DNA of 23,973 bases, taken from contig MU005997.1 of assembly GCA_010093745.1 (NCBI GenBank), positions 124,001 to 147,973 of the forward strand. Direction: 5' to 3'. Shown here one piece after another: positions 1-10,020 of the stretch. Made by a program: the position numbers and the translations under genes. The notes under the pieces were generated by a model, which saw nothing but the letters and a program-made list of their open reading frames with translations, ran no database searches and had not been told where the DNA came from. Within the stretch, counting starts at the first letter, position 1. Each line of letters opens with the position of its first letter. This DNA is from Piedraia hortae CBS 480.64 (taxonomy: Eukaryota).

Positions 1-1552
1 ATCGAGGTGGTTCGACGTCATCCAAGGGGCTGGCGGCGCCCAACGACGACTTGGGGTTATGTGCACCAAACGACCATGTGGACGCCGGCACCGACGTGGG
101 CGAAGTCGACTCCTTGTCGCCCGCAGAAATTACGTTGCGTGATGGATAACTGGGTTTCAGCGTCTCTTGCGACGGCGACGGCGATATTGTGGCGGTGCCC
201 CAATTGCGTCCAAATGTGTGATGGCGCTGTTCGCGGTGCGAATCCGGGCTGTCCAGCCGATATTTCAGCGTTGTGGCCGGCAGCGTCTCGATTGTCTTCC
301 GTTCCACGGGCGCAGTCCGCGCTGGCTTGCTGTCGGCCGGCTTCTTGGCCGGCTTTCGGCTACTCTTCTTCGGCAGCGGTGCCTTGCCGCCCTTGCTGCC
401 CATTACCAAACAGTCGTCACTGTCAGAGTCGGAGAGGCCATCCATATCCTGCCACTGCCGGTTGTAGGCGCTGAACTCGTCGTCTTCGTCTTCGTCTTCG
501 TCAACCTTGCACTCAACAGCGATGCACTGCTCGACCTTGTCGTCGAATCGTATGTGGCGCGGAGCGGTGGACTCGCTGGGAGTCGCGGGGTCGCTGCTAT
601 ACGGGGTATTGTATTCGAAGGTCGATGCACGAACTGGAGTGCGAGCGAGCGCAAACGTGGAGTTTGTCGACTGGAGACAAGGGAAGCGCTCGTTTTGCAG
701 CGACTGAGCCTGTACCGATGCCGTCGCGCGGCGAACCAACGAGGATGTGGAAATGGAGCGCTGGAGCATTACCTGCGATGCACTGCGCTTCTTCAGGATC
801 GGCTTCTTCTGCAGCGAGCCAGTTTGAGTAGAGCGCGAGTGCGTGTCCATGAAGCTAGGCGTATCAGGCTGTGCGTCGGCCTCCTTGAGCGGACCATACA
901 GCCACGTCACATCAGACTCCTTCAGCCAGTTTAGCGCCTCGGGCGAGAGAGTGCGTAGACGATACTTGGACTGCGCCCACGACCGCCACGATGCATTCTC
1001 CAGTCGCGATCGCTCGCCGTACACCTTGCGCTGTGACACGATATGCCGCCAGCTATGCCAGATATCCTCTTCGCGCCAGTTATGGTTGAGATAATCGACG
1101 CAGATACGTGGCTGCACCGAAACTGCCAAGTCATCGACAGCCGGCGGCGTGCATATGGACGATTCAGATCGCGTGGTGTCTGCGCCGGACACGGTCGACT
1201 CAGCAAAATCGTCGCTCAGCAGCTCATCTTCGGCCGGCGGACCGTCGAAGCGCATACCAGCATAGTCAGGAAAATCTACTGTGCTGTCGCCATTTTCGCA
1301 TATGGCTATGGCGGGGACAGCTGCAGCACGTCGAGTGTCAATGGCGGGTGGGCGGAAGGGCAGCGTCTGCGGCATCGGCGTCCCTGTGTTGTCACGGTGG
1401 CCGACAGAGTAGAGCGAGGATGACGAGGACGAAGACGAACAGGAAGCCGTGGCCGAGCGGGCGTCGAGCAGCCTCGACGAAGGTTGCCGTGACAAGGGAT
1501 ACAAGTCTTGACAGGACGGATCGGGTGATGGCGGGCTCAATACCTCGGCCAT
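1..1552 (-). CDS. REG1: Protein phosphatase 1 regulatory subunit Reg1/Hex2-like (glucose repression), 3' end outside the window
   Basis: The minus-strand frame is open from the ATG at 1552 to the window edge; there is no stop in the window, which is why the ORF track lacks it. Translation MAEVLSPPSP... contains VDYLNHNWREEDIWHSWRHIVSQRKVYGERSRLENASWRSWAQSKY...LNWLKESDVTWLYGPL (DUF1752 core), KKPILKKRS, the PP1-docking RVxF motif RHIRF followed by DDKVEQCIAV (~515-560), TIETLPATTLKY and SPSPSQETLKPS. All are typical of filamentous-fungal Reg1. Confidence 0.92.
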   Translation of the reverse strand, partial: MAEVLSPPSPDPSCQDLYPLSRQPSSRLLDARSATASCSSSSSSSSLYSVGHRDNTGTPMPQTLPFRPPAIDTRRAAAVPAIAICENGDSTVDFPDYAGMRFDGPPAEDELLSDDFAESTVSGADTTRSESSICTPPAVDDLAVSVQPRICVDYLNHNWREEDIWHSWRHIVSQRKVYGERSRLENASWRSWAQSKYRLRTLSPEALNWLKESDVTWLYGPLKEADAQPDTPSFMDTHSRSTQTGSLQKKPILKKRSASQVMLQRSISTSSLVRRATASVQAQSLQNERFPCLQSTNSTFALARTPVRASTFEYNTPYSSDPATPSESTAPRHIRFDDKVEQCIAVECKVDEDEDEDDEFSAYNRQWQDMDGLSDSDSDDCLVMGSKGGKAPLPKKSSRKPAKKPADSKPARTAPVERKTIETLPATTLKYRLDSPDSHREQRHHTFGRNWGTATISPSPSQETLKPSYPSRNVISAGDKESTSPTSVPASTWSFGAHNPKSSLGAASPLDDVEPPR

Positions 1553-2618
1553 GATGATATTGAGGACGACGTGGAAAAACAGAGGGGGTGAGGGGAGAGC
1601 AAGACCTTGTCGAAAGGGAACGACGGTAAGCAACAGGTGTTGCTGGCGGTTGGCGGTGGTTCTGGTCAAGATAATTGTTCTCCGCGTTCCGCTTTCCCGG
1701 CCCGCTGCCGCCATGCCAAATCAGGACTGGATCATCACGATCCAGCCAAGGCGGTGCCAACCAATCGCGATTAATCAATTCCGCTTAATCCATGTCGCAA
1801 CCAATCCAGACCCTACCGAACGCTCCACGCCTGCCTCACACCACTCGTCACGCTCGTGGCGAACGTGCTCGGCAAGTCTTCCTCATTGGAGCGTTGATAT
1901 TGCACGACATTCCACGTTTGACTATCGGGGTGCTGCTGGGTGAGAGAGGTCAGACTAATCCGCCACTGCTGCATCAGCCAAAGCTAGTTGCTAACCTGCC
2001 ATGATGTGCGATCTTGTCGTTGCATTACCCCACGCATATCCCACGTTGCATGTTATTCAACGGCAGCACGGCTTGCGTGATACACCAATGAGGCTTTTCA
2101 TGTGAACCTCGAGGCTTTCGGTCCTTGAGCCCCGTCCATTCGGAATTTTGATCAACTAGGACTGCTCAGAAGTGACCTCCCATGGCATGCCACATCCCCT
2201 CTTTTTTTTTTCTCACATGTCTGTGGAGAATACTGTCTCTTCAACGCTTCAAGCTTTTCAAGTGGGAACTTTTCGGCGAGTTTTTGACCAACAGGGTAAA
2301 GAGGTGCGGAATAATTCGGCCCTACTGATTACGAAGTGGACAATGGTCCCGTTTTGATGGTAGCTCTTTCTCTTCATTAGCCTCCGAAATAGCTACCGAC
2401 TTGTTGATCTTTTGCCCTAGAGGGCTTTTACCATGGTGCTATGCCTGCGAAGGATCTGACCGAGCCACGTTTTGTACTGCAGGACCGGTGTGGCTTAGGC
2501 CAGGCGCTCAACTATGAAACACCGACAGCACATGCGCTCAACAGAAATATGTCTTTAGGGTTGCATTGAATGGTGCCAACAAGCATCGCATGTAACCTTG
2601 CCACTGGCGAATTTGCCG

Positions 2619-2649
2619 GTTCTGGGACTTGACTGTTCTGGGACTTGAC
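2619..2649. repeat. Perfect 15-bp tandem duplication GTTCTGGGACTTGAC (period 16)
   Basis: gttctgggacttgac at 2619-2633 and 2635-2649, separated by one T. Confidence 0.85.
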
Positions 2650-3159
2650 GCCTGTTATGCAAGCCCATTCCCAAGGTTCGTCTCCCAGCGCGTCATCGGC
2701 TTACATTACGTCGCTGGGGCTAGCTCCACCAAAATGCCCAAAATATACCCTCCCTATAGCTTACTTACGACTGAATCTCAATCGGTGGCGAGGCATGAGA
2801 AATGGGTGCCTGTTCGGGTGAACTCGGTGCTTTTCCGACAAGCCCCTATCTCTGCCCAACAGTCGGCGAGGCTGGAATTCTGAAAATTGTCTGGTTGATA
2901 CATATCTATAGCGGGATCATAATGGCAATCTACATTTGGTCGGCAATTGCCACGGTTGCTCTGTCGTTGCACATACATTTTGATGTAAGCAGAACCTGCT
3001 CTCAGCTTGATTTTGTTGCTTGAGCACTCGGCTCAAGGCTGGTTTTCAATTCAAGTGTTTAATATTGTGTGAGATACGAAACTTGCAAGCTATCTGGAGC
3101 TAATATGCAATGGGCGCCTACAGGCTAAACTGCCAAGACGTCCTTTGTAGCGATAGGAC

Positions 3160-3430
3160 TCTAGTGGATGGGAGTGTGCAGTGGCCCGAACTAGGAGGAC
3201 GTAGCTGTAGACGGAGATCAACGACAGGGACAGGAAAGATGCAGGTGGGTAGGAGTCTATACCAGTGTCGATATGACAGTGTGAGTGACTATCTCTCTAT
3301 TAGGGGACGTCAGAATAGATATTCTGCACCAGTGGGCCGGTGACGTCATGTCGTACACTATCAGGGCACATTCGCCATGTCACATGTGACATGACCCTGA
3401 GGGAAAACCTCTGTGGGGGAAAACCTAGGG
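3160..3430 (-). repeat. Diverged repeat, copy A (inverted relative to 8580-8850), just 3' of the PLE RT relic
   Basis: The reverse complement shares collinear anchors with 8580-8850: GTTTTCCCT, AGGGTCAT, TGGCGAATG, ATAGAGA(GA)TAG, TGTCGTTGA, GTCCTC, CCACTA. Both spans are about 265 bp. Confidence 0.55.
3376..3393. repeat. Perfect 18-bp palindrome CATGTCACATGTGACATG, enclosed by TCAGGG/CCCTGA inverted arms
   Basis: Read directly from the sequence. The outer arms are at 3361-3366 and 3395-3400. Confidence 0.9.
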
Positions 3431-3589
3431 TGCAGCCGGTAGTGTAGGGGTATAGCTGACTTTGCTGTGCAAGTGTCCCGCATACGCGCTAGCGGCGATG
3501 CTTGACTCCAACATTCTTGACGGATAAGGCTACCAACCCTCAACTACCCAAGCGCTTGTAATGACCCATCCCCAACGCGTAAGTAACCC

Positions 3590-5300
3590 GAGAGTTTTGT
3601 CGAGTACGAACGAATCGATTCCAAGATTCATCCAGAACAGCTGACGCGTCAAATATGGTGTCTAGACTTCTCTTGCCAACTTGTACAAGAGGGGAGAGGA
3701 GACTCGTTGTCATTCACCACCGCAGCACGCCAACCCTCAGTCTTTCTAATCCAAGCTAAAAGTCGCACGTATGGTACAACTTTCTCCAGGTTGTAAAAAC
3801 CATTTTCTAGTGGTCGCGGTGAGGACGTCCGCCGGAAGCGACTTGTTCTGGGGGCGTTAGTTTTTGAGTTTTCATTCGACATATCGTTGTTGTCCAGAGT
3901 ATGTACCTCTCTCGCGCGAGGGCCGGGCAAAGTATTTCGCTAAGGGGCAGTGGAGGCGAATGCAGCCGCGATTCGCTTGCAGCTGGCAAGGTGGTCTGGC
4001 AGAGACTCTGATCAGCATCAGCTAGACGTGCCGTGCTGGGCAATTCGGCAAGGAAAGAAAAATGTCGTCCGTATCTAGGGGACGTTACAAGGCTTAGACA
4101 AATTCTAAACGCTGCTTTCGAAAATCGAGGAGCCCTACGGATAAGGATAGCATGGTGAAATTTGCAATGAATGGTTGGAATTCGCCCAGTTTTTGTACCG
4201 GAGCTTCTGCTGCGTGGTCATTCGTAATGCACCTGTTGCGGTCGCCGAAAGTATTCTCCAAGACCCCAAGGCATCCCACCTATATTCAAAACCGAAAATG
4301 AGGTAGAGAACGTCAACGACAAATTTATTAGCCAGTTCTGTAGCGAAGTTCAGTTTAGCGCCGCTGAACTGGCCTTCCTGTCGGTAGTGAGTGAACACAT
4401 ATTTTGTCCTGACGGTCTTGCTCATGATAGCTCCAGGAATGTTCCCATTTGCCGTAGGAACTGTCCAACGAACGAAGTTGAGCCAAGCCGATGATATAAC
4501 CTAGGTGGTGGCTCAATGTAACCCTCAATGGATCTTTTGCAGCTGATCCATCACGGTGTTTACGCTTTCGCCTTTCACCAAGCACAGAGACATTCACTTG
4601 AACCAGCTTGGTCTTTGGCATTGAGACAGGCGTGCTGCGCCTTTTCGCCCATTCGGTGCAATATCTCAGGAAAAGTCCTACCCTCAGGCACCTGGTAGGC
4701 AAGCTCCGCAATGGGGGTGGCCCGTGCAGCTCCCACTTGAAAATTTTCAGTAGCTAGCAGTGGGCTGAATCTCGCTTTAGATCTTCCAAATGCACGGAAC
4801 TTGTTATTTCGTAAGTTAGGCTATCTACTAGCATTTCTAGAATGCCTGAGAGATACCAGTACTTGGACACAACGACCAGCCCTACGTTCTTATCGGTTAC
4901 CTTCATCAACAGGTAATTGGCTACTAGAATGTTCCTCAATCGACGAAAGTGTGGATTGTTTCTCGCTGCAGGCTCAAGGTGAAGCTCTCCCAGACGGCAG
5001 TCCAAGATCGCTTTTTTCCTTGCGTAGCCCCTGCTCCATTACTAGTAAACTTTGATTACAGGGTGGCTGCCAATTCTGATTGGCAACGAAGAATTTTGAG
5101 TCCATCTGGTATGAGTGTCGGAAGTGCCACGCAAGGCGAACCTGCCGTTCAAGCCTGGAACAGGCTTGCTGCACCTTCGGAAGATCTGGGGTGTGATGAG
5201 CACAAATTTGACGGAGGAAAGCCGACACTTTTGATTGCAGAAATCCTTCGTCGATGCCTGGGAGGATATTGTAGGCGGCTAGTTCCACCTTTGTGGTCTT
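3590..5300 (-). mobile_element. Degenerate Penelope-like retroelement reverse transcriptase, apparently endonuclease-less (Coprina/Athena-type); broken by frameshifts, stops and deletions
   Basis: Motifs in the expected order across shifting minus-strand frames: RLERQVRLAWHF...FFVANQNWQPP (PLE N-terminal region, ~5060-5160); LLMKVTDKNVGLVVVSKYWY...MLVDSLTYE (the PLE xxDKxxG signature, ~4810-4915); VVDVLY (motif A-like, 4303-4320); QPFIANFTM (motif B-like SPxIANxxM, ~4151-4177); AGA TAC G GAC GAC ATT TTT = RYxDDIF with a 2-nt deletion (motif C, 4058-4076); FLAEL..TARL (thumb-like); KRS..TIFD.....SWN (C-terminus, ~3615-3675). No GIY-YIG motif was seen. Confidence 0.75.
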
Positions 5301-5889
5301 TTTATTCCGAACATTTACCCGTGCTGGCGAGGCTTCTCCGATGACTTTGACAACTTTGTAGTTGATACCTTGGTTTTCCCACCCTTGTACAAGAAAAGGG
5401 GCTGAGATAGCTTTGAGAGTCTTGGAGCGAAGGGGGACAGCGTGGGATTGTGTTTGGTGGGCGCTATTTGGGAATAGAGATGGTCGAGTTAATATAGTCT
5501 TCTAGGATATGCTTTGGAGATGGCCGCTTCTGCACTGCCAGCTCAAGTATCGCATAGGTGTCATTTCAGCGAGTTTTGTTGCATGACCCGAATTGTTTAA
5601 TGTGGCACGTCAGCAGCTCCGCATCTTTCGGTAAATGCCATTGTTCGCCTATCATTGGCTCGTACGTGCTTCAACAATGCCTTGAAACTTTTGATGGCGG
5701 GTTTTGCAAGTATCATTATCGACGTTTGGCTGCTTGACACAGCCGCGGTCGCAACGTAAATGCCGTCTTACTACAACAGCGAGCCTAACGTCCACGGAAT
5801 ACCTTTCGGGATATCACAGGGCCTAATTGATCCCGAAGAGCGTCGGTGATGCACATGTCAATACCGAGACACATTAAAGGTCTAGCATT

Positions 5890-6641
5890 GACCTACAATC
5901 AATTCAGGGGACGAGATGCAAATGAAAGTGAATAAACAGGCCAAAGAACGAGAGGATGCAGGGTATCCACGTACCCGTACGCGTGACAAAGAAATTGAAT
6001 GCAGAGTGAAGATTGCAACTTTGGCCGACGCTCTCTCGTCCACGACATCTTGCGTCACGGATATCTACATGTCCTTCAGTTCTCTGAGGGGTTTCTCCAG
6101 GTCTCTGAATAAATCATTCATCTTCTTCACTAGTGCATATGCCGGACTCTTATCCAGGACAACATGTACAGTTTCGAGGTTCACGAACATGGTGACCGGT
6201 AGCACCCTGTCATGAGGTGTAGCCGAGTCGACCACGAAAGACGCACGTAGAGTGTTAAAGTGGCCTTGTGCCAAAGTAGCGATGGCTGAAGGAGCTGCGC
6301 CTCTTACCTTTGGAAGGCATGCGGAAGATATAGTTGTAATCAATGGGTATCCAAGTACCGACTTTGCTGTACTATCCGGCCACTTCGTCCGCCTTCTCTT
6401 TGCGGTAATGGTGTATGTCACCATCTGCATCGTTATCCCCCGCTAACGGACCATTGGGCGAAGACGAAAGCGCGCTTGTTGTTGTCGAGAGACGAGAGCG
6501 GCGGATGACGGCACCCGGGTTTCGAATGATGCGCGTTGCGACAGTGACCATTGCGCCGGCGTTGGAGAACCAGCGTTTAACAGCAAATGGTGAGGTGAGG
6601 CAAGAGCGGAATAGTTCCGTCTGGAGACGGAAGCGAACCAC
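5890..6641 (-). other. Broken reading frames co-oriented with and upstream of the PLE RT; possible remnant of the element's ORF1
   Basis: Overlapping minus-strand ORFs 6372-6641 and 6065-6430 end in a helical, charged stretch (LVKKMNDLFRDLEKPLRELKDM*), and the frame stays open ~60 codons past the TAG. The position matches ORF1 of endonuclease-less PLEs, but no diagnostic motif was recognised. Confidence 0.25.
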
Positions 6642-6904
6642 AAGGTTTCATGCGCCAAGCACTGCACGCTGTAATTGGTTGCTCGCCCCACGGAGAATAT
6701 TGGTAAACTTCTCACTCCTTTGAAATTAAATTTGGTGACTACCAGATACGGCTGCCAGGCATACAAATGGACAAGGAATTATCACATGTCAAGCACTCAG
6801 TACATTATACCCTTTTGGGTATCTAGTATGCACTAACCACAAGGTCAAACTGTCAAAAAGCTCAAAAATCTCAAGAAAAACTCCCACGGTTTTCTCCCTC
6901 CAAT

Positions 6905-7768
6905 TCACGCTTGGAGCCGAGAACATACCCACCCACACAGCGAACAGCATCCTTTGTCCAAAACATCACCCCTGCAACCCCCATGCCCCGTATTACCTTG
7001 TGAGCCCACTCCACCATTGCCCTGACACTCCACCTGAGCGGGTCTCCGCCAACGAATCACTACAATCAACACACATAGAACCAACTGACAGACAAGGAGC
7101 AAGCTAAGTCCCAACAGCACCAGTTTGTCGCCCCAACTCTCACCCGGGGGAATATCAAGAGGAGTTGTGTCATAGGATAGAAATGCCTCCACGGTGTCAG
7201 GGTCAGGAAGGAACTCGACTTCCTGCGCTTGCTCAAAGTCGCTTTCACGGCTACGGGCTTGGTGATATCCCAGGATTGGCGTGCTTCGCTCGGAAGGTCC
7301 GTTTTGGGCGATAGCAGGCCTCTGCTTTGTTTGATTGCTGTTGACACCGTCGTTTGTCGTCATTGAAATGGCCTTCGTGACGTTTGTCCCCCCTTCTGGT
7401 TTGCTGTCATTGACTGTATTCATCGCTTCGAGAAGCTCTTGCTGCATTGCATTCTGCTGATCGCGCCCACCATCTCCATGATTGAGAGTACCATTCGTTT
7501 CTGTGACTGCATGGTTGCTTGAAGGCTTGGCTATGGGAACGTTGTGCGTTGCATCGGTCTGAGCATGCGCATTATCTTTCCCTAATTCTTCCTCATCTAT
7601 CTTGAAGCTACGTTCATATCGCGGACAGGACAACATAGTTTGGCGGCGATATATATCCCATTGCAGACGGCGAAAGACGTTGTCCGAGGCAGACCAGTGG
7701 GCTATTGCTGCGTTAGTGGAGCCGGAGAGGGAAGGGATAGATTTGATGTTACCTGGTGGTGGAGACAT
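6905..7768 (-). CDS. Orphan 287-aa protein: polar low-complexity region, one C-terminal transmembrane helix, Cys/Gly-rich tail
   Basis: Uninterrupted ATG-to-stop ORF. Hydrophobic LVLLGLSLLLVCQLVLCVLIVVI is followed by basic RWRR; the tail is GCCSLCGWVC. No family recognised. Confidence 0.6.
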   Translation of the reverse strand: MSPPPGNIKSIPSLSGSTNAAIAHWSASDNVFRRLQWDIYRRQTMLSCPRYERSFKIDEEELGKDNAHAQTDATHNVPIAKPSSNHAVTETNGTLNHGDGGRDQQNAMQQELLEAMNTVNDSKPEGGTNVTKAISMTTNDGVNSNQTKQRPAIAQNGPSERSTPILGYHQARSRESDFEQAQEVEFLPDPDTVEAFLSYDTTPLDIPPGESWGDKLVLLGLSLLLVCQLVLCVLIVVIRWRRPAQVECQGNGGVGSQGNTGHGGCRGDVLDKGCCSLCGWVCSRLQA

Positions 7769-8579
7769 TTGGATTCCCTCACTAGTCAGAGTCTATCTAA
7801 TGACGATGGAAGAATACTTATGATAAGCTTTGACCGGGATCCTCCCATTTGGGTATGGCAAGGGTCTTACTAGTTCCCCTTTTGAGAAGGAGCGGATAAG
7901 TTTGCGGGGAATTTAGTCCTGCGACTATTTGTTGAGTCCGAGTTGCACAGCAATGTTTAGACTTGCCCTACCTAATTCACGAGATGAATGCAGTTAATAA
8001 AAGTGCATACTATCCTGACCAGTGATTGATTGTTACAATGGTACAATCACAGTTTTATGCTCATTCACAAAAGCATCCCATCCCATCTAAACACTCAAGT
8101 TCTTGGCATTCGTGACAGCGGCTCGCCTACGAATCTTACAGATGTAAATATTTGTCGAGTGATTCCAAGTGAATCGGACCGGTGCAGGCCAGGAGATGCA
8201 AGAACCTTCACAAACCCGCAGTAAACATTATTGTAGGTCAAGGCGTGTGGATAAATCAACAACACTTCTAGGTCTGTTCAAAGCAAAAAACAGGGGGTCA
8301 CACTGGAAGGCTTATCTTCGCTCGCTCCTCTCGTGCAAGAGCTTATAGCGCCAGTAAGGATCCCGACCGCTCCAAGAAGGGAACAACGCAGTAGCAGGAA
8401 GTCATCATCAGGATTGAGTTAGCAGTGGAGGTCTTTGACGAGGCAGATGAGCGGACCCTTTATTCGATGGACAGCATAAACAAACTGGACAAAAGGATAT
8501 ATTATGTTACGAAATAAAGGTCTGTCAAAAGGATGTGGCACCCACCATGACCAGAACCTTAGATAGAAGTCGAAACTTC

Positions 8580-8850
8580 TCAGGATTTTTTCCCTCTATA
8601 GAGGAAGTTTTCCCTGAGAAGGGTCATTGTCTCGTTCATGCTTAAGGGCATGGTTTGCTGATGTTGTCCTGGCGAATGCGGTTAGACTGAGGTAATGTGG
8701 AGAAGGTTTCGAACTTCACCTCACATAGAGATAGACATCTACATTCACCTTTTGGTCAGAGTTGAGTGCACACATTTGTCGTTGAAATACGTTCCGCTTT
8801 AGTCCTCGGAGGTATACCCCTCCGACAAGGTCTCACAGCCAGACCACTAT
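8580..8850 (+). repeat. Diverged repeat, copy B (inverted partner of 3160-3430)
   Basis: Exact matches to the reverse complement of copy A: GTTTTCCCT 8607-8615, AGGGTCAT 8620-8627, TGGCGAATG 8670-8678, TGTCGTTGA 8777-8785, GTCCTC 8802-8807, CCACTA 8844-8849. Confidence 0.55.
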
Positions 8851-8899
8851 GCGATAAAGTCTATTAAACTACACTTCCCCAGTTAACCCATTCAACTCT

Positions 8900-10020
8900 T
8901 GACGATTATATATGCCATGTCCAGCGTCCCCTGATTATTCGCGAAATGCCTCTTGACACGGACGACGTGACTTAGGAGACCAGCTAAAAGATCATGCAGG
9001 AGCATGCCTCTCCGAGGAATCGCCCTCCCAGCAATCTCTCCCGTCAAGACCAAGACATAAAAGAGCGTCGAGATGAACCGTTCCAATACCCCAGTCTTGC
9101 ATGTGTCGCACAAACATCGGACGCCAGCTCGAATTGGCTTTTATACCAATGCTCTAGTCCATTGCTTCCCGTGAAGGGTGTCTCGTGAAGGGTCTTGTTG
9201 AAGTGATTAGCACATGCACCTACTCGCCGTCCCTGAAAGATGATTAACTGAAGATGTTTTCAGATTTTTTTCATGAAATTGCAATGCCTGTTGATAGTGA
9301 CCTTCCAAGAAGGGCTTGATGCCTCGTTTCTTTGAGTTCTTCAGCAGCAGTCAACAAGCTCTCCGCGCTCGGCAGCGGCGCCTGCATGCTTTGTTGGACA
9401 TCATTCATGATGCTCAAGAGCGCCGGGATGTCCGCAGTGGCATGACTAGCTGACGCATGGCATATTCTCGAAGGGCAACAAAAGTTGGCGCTGCAATTCA
9501 GCTGGGAATTGTCGTCCACAAGCAAGCCCAGGGAACGGGTCATGCAGATGGAAGTGGACTGTAAGATACCCTCTTTGAAGAATTAAAACCCTCCAAGCCT
9601 GCACAAAACGCTCAAAGTCTGCCGCAAAGATGAAGGACGATCCAGGGCCATGTTGTTCGTTGGACAGATTTTTCCGTATGATGACTGTCATGGCAAGAAA
9701 TGTGTCAAATTGGGTCGGCCTACTCTCAACGTACGTTGGCACAAACTCATGCGTTAGGTGGTACATCGGTGCCTGGCCGAAAGGTGCCTCAATTTTGACC
9801 ATTCGGCATGATTCGCGGAGAACTTGGCTGGCTTCGGCGTAGATCTGTTAGAAATGTCCTTTCCTAGCACAACATTCCACGCGGTCACTGCATTGCACTC
9901 CCCTTGGGGAGAAAAGAAGCTGTCCATTCTCGCTGCTGGAACATCCTGAAAGGGACTCTTCGACCAAGTGCAAGGCAGCGGGGGACTAGAATAGCTCTCC
10001 AGAACTGCGCAGTTTGTGAT
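8900..10020 (-). pseudogene. Decayed gene for a conserved filamentous-fungal hypothetical protein (helical, TPR-like C-terminal half)
   Basis: Successive fragments in different frames: *QIYAEASQVLRESCRMVKIEAP; ...LQRQLLLPFENM; SMQAPLPSAESLLTAAEELKE; LQLIIFQGRR...FNKTLHETPFTG...LASDVCATHARLGYW. These recall a Pezizomycotina family with an RQIYxEA...FVxI...QxxLLxPF...HIxxxGRxR...LVAN pattern. There is an in-frame stop at ~9446 and frameshifts. Boundaries are approximate and the family assignment is from recall. Confidence 0.55.

Noticed and set aside
7..1554. Plus-strand ORFs 7-474, 167-934, 1043-1423, 1108-1554
   Set aside because: They are antisense shadows of the GC-rich REG1 coding sequence and have no motifs of their own.
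2700..3000. Minus-strand intron-like segment (GTATGT...TAG) and short ORF 2778-2978
   Set aside because: No spliced frame yields a sustained or recognisable protein.
3420..3550. Scattered TAGGG / AACCCT words near the PLE 3' end as telomeric repeats
   Set aside because: They are isolated single units with no tandem array.
8652..8690. Hammerhead-ribozyme-like string GGTTTG-CTGATG-TTGTCCTGGC-GAATGCG-GTTAGAC in repeat copy B (PLEs often carry hammerheads)
   Set aside because: The core lacks CUGANGA and GAAA (both repeat copies read GAAT), and copy A has no CTGATG. It cannot be supported without a covariance-model search on a consensus.
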